This document shows positions 1-12,607 of a stretch of DNA of 64,000 nt, one piece after another (the first letter of the stretch is position 1; each line of letters opens with the position of its first letter). Source of the stretch: the human T2T-CHM13v2.0 reference genome, Homo sapiens; assembly GCF_009914755.1 (NCBI RefSeq), contig NC_060926.1, one strand, 5' to 3'. The notes below the pieces were generated by a model. That model did no database searches. It was given only the letters and a program-made list of their open reading frames with translations, and was not told the DNA's origin. The translations under genes were made by a program, and so were the position numbers.

Positions 1-1449
1 GGATTTTCTCAGTATAGAATCACATTGTCAGTAAGGAGAGACAGTTTGAATTCCTCTTTTCCTATTTGGATTCTCCGTATTTCTTTCTTTTGCCTGATTG
101 CTGTGGCTGGGACTTCCAGAACTATGTTGAAAAGGAGTCAAGAGAGTGAGCATCCTTGTCTTGTTTCAATTCTCAAGGGGAATGCGTCTAGCTTTTACCT
201 GTTCAGTATGACATTGGCTGTGGGTTTATCATAGATGGCTCTTATTATTCTGAGGTATGTTCCTCTGATACCTACTTTGTTGAGGGTTTTTAACATGAAG
301 AGATATTGAATTTTATCAAAAGCACTTGTGAATCTAGTGAGATGACTTTGTGTGGTTTTTGTTTTTGGTTGTGTTTATGCAATGACTTACATTTATTAAT
401 TTATGTAAGTCAACCAACCTTGCATCCCAGGAATAAAGCCTACTTGATCATGGTGGATTTGCTTTTTGTTGTGCTGCTGGATTTGGTTTAGTAGTATTTC
501 ACTGAGGATTTTTGCATCTATGTTCATCAGGGATATTGGCCTGATGTTTTCTTTTTTTGTTTTTTCTCTGCCAGGTTTTGGTGTCAGAATGATACTGGCT
601 TCATAAAATGAGTTATGGAGGAGTTTCTTCTCAATATTTTGGAATAGTTTCAGTATGGTTAGTACTATCTCTTCTTTATACAGCTGGGAGATTTTGGCTG
701 TGAATTCTGTCTGGGCTAGGGCTTTTTATGCTTGGTAGGTTTTGTTTACTGATTCAATTTCAGAACTCATTATTGGTCTGTTCATGGTTTCAATTTCTTC
801 CTGGTTCAGTCTTGGGAGATTGTATCTTTCTAGGAATTCATCCATTTCTTCTAGGTTTTCTAATTTGTGTTCATAGGGATATTTGTAATATCTTTGGTTT
901 CTCTATTTCTATGGGGTGTAGTAATGTCCCCTTGTCATTTCTGATTATGTTTATTTGGATCTTTCTCTTTTTTCTCTTTATTAGTCTAGCTAGTGGTCTA
1001 TCAATCTGTTTTTCAAAGAACCAACTTTTGCTGTCATCGATCTTTTGTATGGCTTTTTATGTTTCATGTTTGTTCAGTTCAGCTCTGTTTTTATTTCTTT
1101 CCTTCTGCTAGTGTTGTGATTGGTTTTCTCTTGTTTTTCCAGTTCATCTAGGTGTGATTAAGTTGATAATTTAGGACTCTTTGTAACTTTTTGATGTGAA
1201 TGTTTAGTGCTATAAACTTTCCACTTCACACTGATTTTACTGTGTCCCAGAAATTCTGACATGTTGTATTTTTGTTTTCAGTAAATTTCAAAGAATTTCT
1301 TGATTTCTGCCTTAATTTCATTGTTTACTTAAAAGCTGTTTAGGAGCAGTCTGTTTAATTTTCATCTACTTGTATGGTTTTGAGAGATGTTTTCGGTATT
1401 GATTTCTATTTTTATTGTGCTGTTGAGAGTGTGGATGGCATGATTCTTC

Positions 1450-1782
1450 TGTTTGTTTGTTTGTTTATTTATTTATTTATTTATGTATTTATTTATTTTT
1501 TAAAGACAGAATTTGCCTCTGTAGCCCAGACTGGTGTGCAGCGGCATGATCATGGTACACAGCAGACTCAAACTCCTAGTCTCTAGTAATCCTTCCATCT
1601 CAGCTTCCTTAGTATGTGGGAGTACAGGCACATGCTGCATACAGTGCTCATTTTTTAAATATTTGTAAAGACAGGATCTCACACTGTTATCCAGTCTGGA
1701 CTTCAACTCCTGGCCTCAAGCACCCCTCCTGCCTTGGCTTCCTAATGTGCAGGGATTACAGGGATGAGCTACAACACCCCGC
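1450..1782 (-). mobile_element. Alu SINE, old (AluJ-like), with (TTTG)n/(TTTA)n tail
   Basis: Dimeric Alu reverse complement (ctcaaactcct..., gggattacagg), highly diverged, inserted in L1. Confidence 0.88.
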
Positions 1783-2189
1783 TGATATTGGTTTTTAAAA
1801 ATTTGTTGAGAATTTCTTTATGGCTGAGCACGTGGTCGATTTTAGAATATGTGCCATGTGGAGACATTAAAAATGTACATTTTTTTGTCATTGGGTAGAA
1901 TATCCCCTAGATGTCTGTTTGGTCCATTTGGTCAAGTGTTGAGTTTAGGTCTTGAATGTTTAGGTCTTTGTTAGTGTTCTGCTTCAGCGATCTGTCTAAT
2001 ACTGTCAATTGGGTTTCCACTATTATTGTGTGATTATCAAAGTCTCTTGGTAGGTTCTCAGAACTTGTTTCGTGAATCTAGGTGCTCCAGTGTGGGGTGC
2101 ATTTATATTTAGGATAGTTAAGGCTTCTTATTTAATTCAACCCTTTATCATTATGTATTGTTTTTCTTTGTCTCTTTGACTGTTTTTGT

Positions 2190-2488
2190 TTGTTTGTTTG
2201 CTGTTGTTGTTTTTGTTTTGAAAGGATCTGGCTCTGTCACCCAGGCTGGCGTGCAGAAGTGCAATCTCAGCTCATTGCAAACTCCGCCTCCTGGGCTCAA
2301 GCCATCCTTTCACTTAGCCTCCCAAGTAGCTGGGACTACAGGTACACACCACCAAACTTGGCTATTTTATGTAGAGACTGGGTTTCACCATGTTGCCCAG
2401 GCTGGTCTTGAACTCCTGAGATAACTGATCTGCCTGCCTCAGCCTCCCAAAGTGCTGGGATTATAGGCATGAGCCATGGTGCCTCGCC
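2190..2488 (-). mobile_element. Alu SINE (AluJ/S-like)
   Basis: ctgtcacccaggctgg ... cctcccaaagtgctgggattataggcatgagcca. Probable TSD tgtttttg at 2181 and 2489. Confidence 0.92.
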
Positions 2489-3368
2489 TGTTTTTGGTTT
2501 ATAATCTGTTTTGTCTGCACTGAGAATTAGCAACACGTGCCCTGTTTTGTTTTTCATTTGCTTGGTAAATTTATCTGTATCCCTTTACTTTGAGCCTAAA
2601 TGTGTCACTCCATGTGAAATGGGTCTCTTGAAGATTGCATATACTTTAGTCCTGCTTCTTTATCCAACCTGCCATTTTGTGCCTTTTAAGTAGGGTGTTT
2701 AGCTCATTTATATTCAAGGTTATATTGATATGTACAGATTTGATCCTGTTATTTTGTTGTTATTGTTATGCAGGCCGGATTGTGTAGTGGCTTTATAGTG
2801 TCAGTGGGCTATGTACTTAAGTGTGTTTTTGTGATGACAGGTACCAGTCTTCACTTCCATGTTTCCTTAAGAACCTCTTGTAAGGCAGTTTTTCTGGTAA
2901 TATATTTCCTTAGCATTTGCTTGTGTCTGAAAAGGAATTTATTTCTCCTTCTTTATGATGCTTAGCTTAGCTGTATATGAAATTCTTTGTTAGAATTTCT
3001 TTTGTTTAAGGATGCTGAATACAGACCCAATCTCTTCTGGCTTGTAGGGTTTCTGTTAGCTGGTCTGCTGTTAGCCTGATGATTTCTGTTGATGTGTCTG
3101 CTGTTAGCCTTCCTTTGTAGGTGGCCTGCCCCTTCTCTGTAGCTGCCTTTAATATTTTTTTTCTTTTACATTGATTTTGTTGAATCTGATAATTATGTGT
3201 ATTGGGGATGGTCACCTTATATAGTAAATTGCAGGGGTTCTCTGAGTTTCCTGAATTCAAATGTCAACCTCTCTAGCAAGGTTGGGGAAATTTTTGTGGA
3301 CAATATCCTGAATATGTGTTGCAAGTTGCTTGTTCTCTCTCCCTGTCTTTCAGGGATACCAATGAGTC

Positions 3369-3758
3369 GATAAACAGTTTGCTGTTTGATCATATAGCCT
3401 CAGTAGAATGCTGAGGTGGTCAAGTCCCACAGGCCTTTGGCTCCCTGCAGTTCTCTAGCCCCTTGAGGTTAAGTACCTGCTGTGCCAGAGGGACTGAGGT
3501 GTTACTGGTCCATTGGCAACAACATTCTGATGGAAGGTGCTGGCAAAAGTGCTTCACTAGGGTGGTGACAGTGGGGTCTTAATTTGTGTGCATGCTCTGG
3601 TAATGACAAGATGGCAGCAACCATGCATGCATATGCACTGGTGGGGGCAGAGCAGCTGTGTGGTGAGGTCTGCTTGCATGCCAAAAAAGCAATGGAAGGA
3701 GACTGTGGGCAAGTGTACATTGGTGGGGCATGTCTAGAAAAGCTCTCTGATGGTTAGT
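3369..3758 (+). repeat. Local direct duplication (~390 bp, ~96% identical) of 4846-5235, inserted into L1 ORF1
   Basis: Direct alignment by eye gives about 16 mismatches. ORFs 3502..3720 and 4979..5161 are near-identical. Confidence 0.95.
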
Positions 3759-4459
3759 TTGGTCTCTACATAATCTCATATTTCTCAGAAGTTTTGTTCA
3801 CTCTTTAAAATTCTTTGTTATTTATTTTTGTCTCAATGAGTTGATTCAAAAAACTGATATTTGAGCTTTGAGAGTCTTTCCTCGGCTTGGTCTATTCTTC
3901 TGTTAAAACTTTCAATTTCATCATAAGAATTATGAAATTCTTACAGTGAGCTTTTCAGCTCTATCAGATTAGTTTAGTTCTTTCTTTAAAAGGGTGTTTT
4001 GCCTTTCAGCTTTTATATTGTTTTACTGGATTCCTTAAATTCCTTGGATTGGATTTTGACATTCTCCTGAATCTCAGTGGTCTTCTTTCCTGTCCAGATT
4101 CTGAATTCTATGTCTGTCATTTCAGCCATTTAAGTCTGCTTAAGAGCCATGGCTGGGGAGCTAGCATGGCCATTTGCAGGTAAGAAGACACTCTGGGTTT
4201 TAGAGTTGCCCAAGTTCTTAACACTGTTTTTTTCTTATCTGTGTGAGCTGATGTTCTTTTAATCTTTGAAGTTGCTGTCTTTTAAATAGGGATTTGTGAT
4301 TTTATATTCTTTGATGTCTTGGATTGACTTTGGTATAAGATATGTTTAGTCATCTGGCTTTATTTCTGAATGATCTCAGGGGACCAGGACTCAGCTCAGA
4401 ACTCCTCGGCTGCCTGCTGTACTCCTGGGGCCTAGGAATAGGCCCATGACATTGTTCTC

Positions 4460-4926
4460 TGTTGAGCACCTGATTCTGTCGCTGTTCGGGGTGCCACTAT
4501 GTAACCTGCCACGATCACTGGTGGACTGAACAAAGGGGGCGAACATGGGAATACAAGACAAGAGATAAAAGAGTATATTTGGAAGAAGGGGTCAGGGGGC
4601 ACCTTGCCTCTAGTGGAAAAGGGCCCTGAGTTTTACACAGCCCTCCATATTTATTAGGCAAAAGAGATAGTGAGAAAGGGGGTGGAAGAAGGGGTCAGCT
4701 GCTCAGTCCAGAGTAGGCTTGCAAGACTGCATTCTCTAGATGTCCCAGTAGACAACCTCAAGGAGCTCAGCACCAGCAAGCGATTTTCCTCAGCAAATCT
4801 TCTGGGGCAGGCAGAGAAGTGAATTTGCCCACATTCTGTATTCATGATAAACAGTTTGCTGTTCGATCATATAGCCTCAGTAGAATGCTGAGTTGGTCAA
4901 GTCCCACAGGCCTTTGGCTCCCTGCA
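4460..4926 (-). mobile_element. Solo LTR3 (HERV-K HML-6 family), 467 bp, in L1 5' UTR
   Basis: Minus strand starts TGCAGGGAGCCAAAGG..GACCAACTCAGCATTC..GGCTATATGATC and ends ...GCTCAACA (TG..CA). 6-bp TSD gttctc (4454-4459) / gttatt (4927-4932). Confidence 0.85.
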
Positions 4927-5924
4927 GTTATTTAGCCCCTTGAGGTTAAGTAGCTGCTGTGCCAGAGGGTCTGAGGTGTTACTGGTCCATTGGCAACAAC
5001 ACTCTGATGGAAGGTGCCGGCAAAAGTGCTTCACTAGGGTGGTGACAGTGGGGTCTTAATTTGTGTGCATGCTTTGGTAATGACATGATGGCAGCAACCA
5101 TGCATGCATATGCACTGGTGGGGGCAGAGCAGCTGTGTGGTGAGGTCTTCTTGCATGCCAAAAAAGCAATGGAAGGAGACTGTGGACAAGTATACGTTGG
5201 TGGGGCATGTCTGGAAAAGTTCTCTGATGGTTAGTGTGAGGTCTACTGTTGAAAGAACTATGGCAGTGGTCACTGGAAAGTGGCCTGATTGAGCATCTGA
5301 GGCTACGCCACAAGTGAGTGTGACCAGGCAGGGGCGCTGGGAGAGACTGTCAGGCAAGGGAAGCACTCAGATCAGTCTGTCCCCATCCCACAGGTAAGAT
5401 AGCCCTGTTCTGTCTAGGTTCAACAGTCAACAAAGCTCAAAGCCACCTATAGAAGCATAGCATGCTTTGGGGAATGGGCATCCCTGGCCATGCTCCACCA
5501 CAGCCATTCTCACATCAAACCCTCTAGGCTCTGTGCAGACCACTGTCCTGTCCCTATCAACTCTCCAAGCAGCAATCCCTGCCAGCTCAAATGTCTGTGT
5601 GGGTGGTGGGGACTCTTGCAGCAAGGATTCCAGAGATCCATGGTAACAGTGGGGTGCTCTATGCCTATTTAGCTCATTCTTTCCCCAGGAGTTACTTAGG
5701 CACAAGAAGGAGTCTGGTGCTCAGCATCCCTGTGCAGGGTTCCCAGCTTCCTTCTCTTTCAGCCCAGGATCTGCTTCCTCCTTCTGTTCACTTTCAGTGG
5801 TTTTCTTTTGAAGAGCTTCTTGGAGTGTGTCAGTCTTCTTGATGGTCTGGTGTCTTGGTGAAAAGCTCATCCTGGCTGCAGCTAGTCAGCCATCTTGGCT
5901 CCCTTCTCCAAAAAATATTTTTTA

Positions 5925-6357
5925 TAAACAGTATAAACTAAGTGTACAGTATTTGTAAAGTCTACGGTAGTGTATATTAATGTCCTAGGCCTTTATGTTT
6001 ATTCACCATTCACTGACTTACCCAGAGCAACTTCCAGTCCCACGAGCTTCATTCGTGGTAAGTTCCCCACAAAGATGCACCATTTTTTATCTTCAACCAT
6101 ATTTTTACTGTACCTTTTCCATGTTTAGACATACACTTACTTACCATTGTGTTATGATTACCAAGAGTATTCAGGACAGTAACTTTTGTGCAGGTCTGTA
6201 GCTTAGGAACAATAGACTGTACCACATAGCCTATGTGTGTAGTAGGCTATAACTTGTACATTTATGTAAGTATAATCTCTGATCTTCACACAATGATAAA
6301 ATTACCTAATGGCACTTTTCTCAGAACTTATCACTGTTATTAAATGGCACATTACCG
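5925..6357 (+). mobile_element. Tigger3b-like DNA transposon, 3' part
   Basis: cactgacttacccagagcaacttccagtcc ... tagcctatgtgtgtagtaggctata, with degraded TIR followed by TA at about 6358. Confidence 0.75.
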
Positions 6358-6359
6358 TA

Positions 6360-8265
6360 ATTGTTTTAAATATACCACCTTAGTCTTTGCTTTCTAACTT
6401 TGCCATCTACTCTTTGATCCTTTTTTCTCCTTTCTGTCTTCCTTAAGATTGACTGGATATTTGTTATGATTTTGTTTTGTCTTTTTTGCTGATTTATTAA
6501 AGACCTATATTGGGATCTAATTTCTTAATGATAATTTTATGAGTCTAGTTTCTAGTGATGTTATAGTACTTCACCTATATTACAACTATGTACTTTATTT
6601 CTCTTCAAACTATGCCCACAATTCTTATTTTATTTCAGTTTTATTCAATTTAAAGGTATTTAAGCATTAATCAAAAAGCATTTCATATTTACCCTCATAG
6701 TTACATATTTCTGGTGCTCTGTATTCTGCTATATAGATAAAAACTTACATATTCTATTATCCTCTGTCTAAAGAACTTGCTTTAATATCTTCTGTAGTTT
6801 AGATTTGCTGATGACAAATTGTTTAGCTTTTTCATATCAAAAAATTTTTACTCCAACCTCATTTTTGAAAGATATAGTTGCATGTTGTATAGAATCCTAG
6901 GTTAATCAATTTTTTGTTTGTATGCATGTGTGTGTGTGTCTGTGTGTGCTTGGTCATTACTTTAAAAATGTTTGACTGTCTTCTCCCTTGCCTGTGTCTC
7001 ATGATAAATCTGCTTTCATTTTAATCTTATTTCCTCTATACATAAGGTGTCTGCTTTTAGATTTTCTCTTTATCACTGTTCTTAGGTAACTTGATTGCTT
7101 TGGTGTAGTTTTCTTCATCTTTCTTTCACTATAGTCTTACTGAACATCTTGAAACTGTGGTTTCAACTGCTTGAAGTTGTTTTACAGCCGAACGATGCTC
7201 TGTGAGCGTTTTTCTCTCTTCTCTCTGTATTCCACTTTGGGTAGACTGCGCTGCAAATCTTTAAGTTCACTTATCTGCAATGTCTAATTTGCAATTACTG
7301 TCTTTTAGTGTATTTTTAAACTCAAACTTTAGTTTCCCTACAAAAGTTGAATATGCACATTAAAGAAAATCATCTATGTCTCTATTTATATACTTGATAT
7401 TTTTATAGCTTTTTAAACACGAGGAATACAGTTATTAAAAAATGTCTTATTGTTCTTGATTACAAATTTCTTCATCTGTATATCATTTAGATCAATTCCA
7501 ATTGATTGACTTTTTCCTCCTGTTTATATTAACATTTCTTAATTTTGTGTTCTTAGTAAATTTTTGTTAGATGCCAGTCATTATGAAATTGATCATTTTG
7601 TGTGCTGCATATTTTTGTATTCCTATACATATTCTTAAGCTTTGTACAGCAATGTAGTTAAGTCGCTTTGGAACAGTTTGATACACTGAGGTCTTGCTTA
7701 AAGGCTTTGTTAAACAAGACAATGGCAACTTTAATAAAAATCTAGCCTACTTACAGAGTCAAAATATTGCTGAGTACTCTATCCAATGCCTATGAATTAT
7801 GAAGTTTTCCATTTTGGTTGGTGGGAATAGCTATTCCTGGCCCTGTGTGAGTTCTAAAGATTCTCCTCATAACCTTTTAGGTATTTCTCTTCCCCAACTT
7901 TTGTATATGCATGTATCAGCACTCTTGAGGAAATTTTTTAAAAGACTCTCTGCAGATCATAACTTTTTCTCTGTGCAACTGTATCCTCTGAGATATCTTT
8001 CCCTGGGTACTTTGGCTAGTGTGGCTCCAGATGCTCAGTTCCATCTCCTCAACTCAGGAAGACCAACAGACTCTGCTAGGTTCCTGCTTCCTGCTCCTAC
8101 AAGTACTCTGAGTCAGTTATAGGGCTCACCTCATGTGTTCCTTGTCTCTCAAGGATTTTATCATTTTTTATTGCCTGATCTCTAACATCTTAAAAGCTGT
8201 TTTATCTATTTTTGTTTCAAGAGGGAGAGTAAATCTGATGTCTCTTATTCCATCTTGCCCAGTGT
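6360..8265 (-). mobile_element. Ancient L1M (L1MC/MD-like) ORF1/5' remnant
   Basis: ctcatttttgaaagatatagttgc..tatagaatcctagg and the terminal gtaaatctg..ccatcttg motif typical of L1M 5' regions. Very diverged. Confidence 0.55.
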
Positions 8266-9427
8266 GCAGGCTGTTGATTTTTTTGTTTGTTTTTGACAAA
8301 GGCTTGCACAACGACCATGCATGCCATGTGAAACAATGAAAGGTTTACCCTGAGGATCAATGAAGAACTTTCAATGCTCAGTGACTGAAACCTGTCTCTT
8401 TATAGATTAGTTTAAGGTGAAAATGTAAAGCATAATTGAACATGCCCATAAATCACATTCCTGGAAAAGATCATTCTTTTAGTATAATTGATAATATATA
8501 TAAATAAATAAAAATATACATTTGGAGAACAGCATAAATTGGAGATAACCTTATGAAGAATTTCTAAAAATATATTTATAATGTAAATTTAAATATTTCA
8601 TAAAAGAGGTGATATTTAGTTATTTTTAATGAAGCCTGCAGACTTCATAAAAAATGACATTTTATACTATTTGTGTAACCTTTGTTGCCTTAGTGATATC
8701 ATGCATTTCCCAAGTCATAAAACCTTGAACGGTAGTTTCTTTTTTAAACCCCTTTAAAATCCATTCTGCATAATAAAATAAATGCTCTATCTGTATAATC
8801 AGAAGGAGGTAAAAACTTGATGCGATTAACCAGGAAAATCAATTTTTTTCATTTTTATTTAGCTATTTCTATACTTATATAAGAAAAAACTTTTTATTCA
8901 TTTATTTTGTATTTTTTGCCATTAAACTATTAACATAAATAATTATCGCTCTTTTGGCATTCATAGTACCAAATGATGTCAAATAGCTTCCCACTCTGCC
9001 TCCATCTGCTAAATTCATTATGTTTTGTCCAATTAATTGCCTCTTCCTGTATTGTTCATAGGCATTCTAATAGCAAGCATTTCTCTGCTTAACGAAAAAG
9101 AAAGTTGGCATTTTTTTACGGCAGTCAACAGATTAGTATATTATCAACAATAATAAATACTTGTATACACTAGAAACCCATAATTTACTTTTCTGTGTAT
9201 TCGTATATGACCCTCCCTCAATACTTCCATGTTACGTGTAGTGATCATAGCTGTATGTGAGAAAATAGAGACTACAAAAAGGAAAATGACTTGATGAGTT
9301 TATGGACCTGGGAAAATGAGAGTTATGACTCTTTATTGGTCCATTCTTGCATCACTATAAATACCTGAGGGTGGCTAATTTATAAAGAAAAGAGGTCCGC
9401 CATGATCAAGTCGGCTTTATCCCTGGG

Positions 9428-9970
9428 ATGCAAGGCTTGTCCAATGTATGCAAATCAATGAACTTAATCTGTTACATAAGCAGAACCAATGACAAAAACA
9501 ACATGATTATCTCAGTAGATGCAGAAAAGGCCTTTAACAGAATTCAACACCCCTTCATGTTAAAAACTCTCAGTAAACTAGGTATATATAGAATGTATCT
9601 CAAAATAGTAAGAGCTATTTATGACAAACCCATAGGCAATATCCTACTGAATGAACAAAAACTGGAAGCATTTCCTTTTAAAACTGGTGCAAGACAAGGA
9701 TGCCGTCTCTCACCACTCCTATTCAACATAGTATTGGAAATTCTGGCCAGGGCAATCAGGCAAGAGAAAGAAATAAAGGGTATTCAGATCGGGAGAGAGG
9801 AAGTCAAATTGTCTCTTTTTGCAGATGACATGATTGTATATTTAGAAAATTCCATTGTCTCAGCCCACAATCTCCTTAAGCTGATAAGCAACTTCAGCAA
9901 AGTCTCAGGATATGAAATCAATGTGCAAAAATCACAAGCATTCCTATATACCAGTAATAGACATATGTAG
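9428..9970 (+). pseudogene. L1 ORF2p reverse transcriptase fragment (disrupted)
   Basis: [27 protein letters not shown] and LFADDMIVY motifs. Frameshifts and stops downstream. Confidence 0.92.
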
Positions 9971-10960
9971 CCAAATCATGACTGAACTCTCATTCACAAT
10001 TGCTACAAAGACAATAAAATACCTAGGAATACAACTTATAAGGGATGTGAATAACCTCCTCAAGGAGAACTACAAACCACTGCTCAAGGAAATAAGAGGA
10101 CACAAACAAATGGAAAAACATTCCATCCTCATGGATAGGAAGAATCAATATCGCAAAAATGGGCATACTACCCAAAGTAATGTATAGATTCAATGCTATC
10201 CCCATCAAGATACCACTGACTTCCTTCACACAGTTAGAAAAAACTACTTTTAATTTCATATGGAAGCAAAAAACAGCCCATAGCTAAGACAATATTAATC
10301 AAAAAGAGCAAAGCTGGAGGCATCATGCTACCTAACTTCAAATTATACTACAAGGGTACAGTAAACAAAACAGCACATTACTGGTACCAAAACAGATATA
10401 TAGACTAATGGAACAGAGCAGAGGCATCAGAAATAACACCACACATCTGCAACCATCTGATCTTTGACAAACCTGACAAAAACAAGCAATGAGGAAAGGA
10501 ATCTCTATTTAATAAATGGTGTTGGGAAGACTGGCTAGCCATAAGCAGAAAACTGAAATTTTACTCCTTCCTAACACTTTATACAAAAATTAACTCAAGA
10601 TGGATTAAAAACTTACACGTAAGACCTAAAACCATAAAAATCCTAGAAGAAAACCTAGGCAATACCATTTAGGACACAGGCATGCGCAAAAACTTCATGA
10701 TTAAAACACCGAAAGCAATGGCAACAAAAGCCAAGATTGACAAATGGCATCTAATTAAACAAAAAATCTTCTGCACAGCTAAATAAACTATCATCAGAGT
10801 GAACAGCAACCTACAGAATGGGAGTAACTTTTGCAATCTATCCATCTGACAAAGGGCTAATATCCAGAATCTACAAAGAAACAAATTTACAAGAAAAAAA
10901 CAACCCCATCAAAAAGTGGGCAAAGGATATGAACAGACACCTCTCAAAGGAAGACATTTA

Positions 10961-11488
<528 letters not shown>

Positions 11489-12554
11489 TCAAGGATCTAG
11501 AACCAGAAATACCATTTGACCCAGCAATTTCATTACTGGGTATATACCCAAAAATTAAAAATTATTCTACTGTAAAAACACATGAGCATGTATGTTTATT
11601 GCAGCACTGTTCACAATAACAAAGACTTGGAACCAACCCAAATGCCCATTAATGATAGATTGAATAAAGAAAATGAGGCACATATACACCATGGAGTACT
11701 ATGCAACCATAAAAATGGATGAGTTCATGTCCTTTGTAGGAACATGGATGAAGCTGGATGCCATCATTTTCAGCAAACTAACACAAAAACAGAAAACCAA
11801 ACACTGCGGGTTCTCACTCATAAGTGGGAGATGAACAATGAGAATACATGGATACAGAGAGGGGAATATTACATACCAGGGCCTTTCGGGAGGTTGGGGG
11901 TTAGGGGAGGGATAGCATTAGGATAAATATGTAATGTAGATGACGAGTTGATGGGTGCAGCCAACCACCATGGCACGTATATACCTATGTAACAAACCTT
12001 TACGTTCTGCACATGTACCCCAGAACTTAAAGTATAATCCAAAAAAAGAAAAAGGAAAAAGGAAAGAGGTTTAATTGCCTATCTGTGTTACAGACTTTAT
12101 AGGAAAATGGTGCCAGCATCTGCTTCTGGTGAGGCCTCAGGAAGTTTTCAATCATGACAGAAGGTGACAAGGAGCCAGTATGTACCATGGCAAGAGCAGG
12201 AGTGAGAGACAGAAGGGGGAGATCCCAGACTCTTTAAAACAACCAGATATCAGGTGAACTAACTTAGCTAGATCTCATTTATCACTAAGAGGACGGTGCT
12301 AAACAATTTATGAGGTATCCGTCCCCAGGATCTGATCACCTCCCACCGGGCCTCACCTCCAACTTTGGGAATCACATTTCAACATGATACTTGAAGGGGA
12401 CACATATCCAAACTATATCAGTCTCATATGTGAGGCTTCTTATTTATAGTGTAATGTTCATGCTTTAAAAAAATGTTCCAAAATAACTTTGTCTAAGTTC
12501 CATTTAGAGTAGCTATTTTGTGAACAGATGTTTTGTGTTTGACCCCCTACAGTG

Positions 12555-12557
<3 letters not shown>

Positions 12558-12604
<47 letters not shown>
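12558..12604. repeat. (AT)n microsatellite
   Basis: Pure AT dinucleotide run. Confidence 0.97.

Positions 12605-12607
<3 letters not shown>

Larger units (their letters stand above)
1..5908 (-). mobile_element. LINE-1, L1PA15/16-like (L1P4-type 5' UTR), 5' part (5'UTR-ORF1-ORF2 up to RT), decayed, runs off window start; interrupted by two Alus, an LTR3 and a local duplication
   Basis: 1-70 is the reverse complement of the ORF2 IQIGKEE.KLSL..D region. ORF1 remnant in ORF 3006..3260 (KILKAATEKGQATYKG..IRLTAD..ETLQARRDW). 5' end reads GGAGCCAAGATGGCTGACTAG on the minus strand at 5882-5902. Confidence 0.9.
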
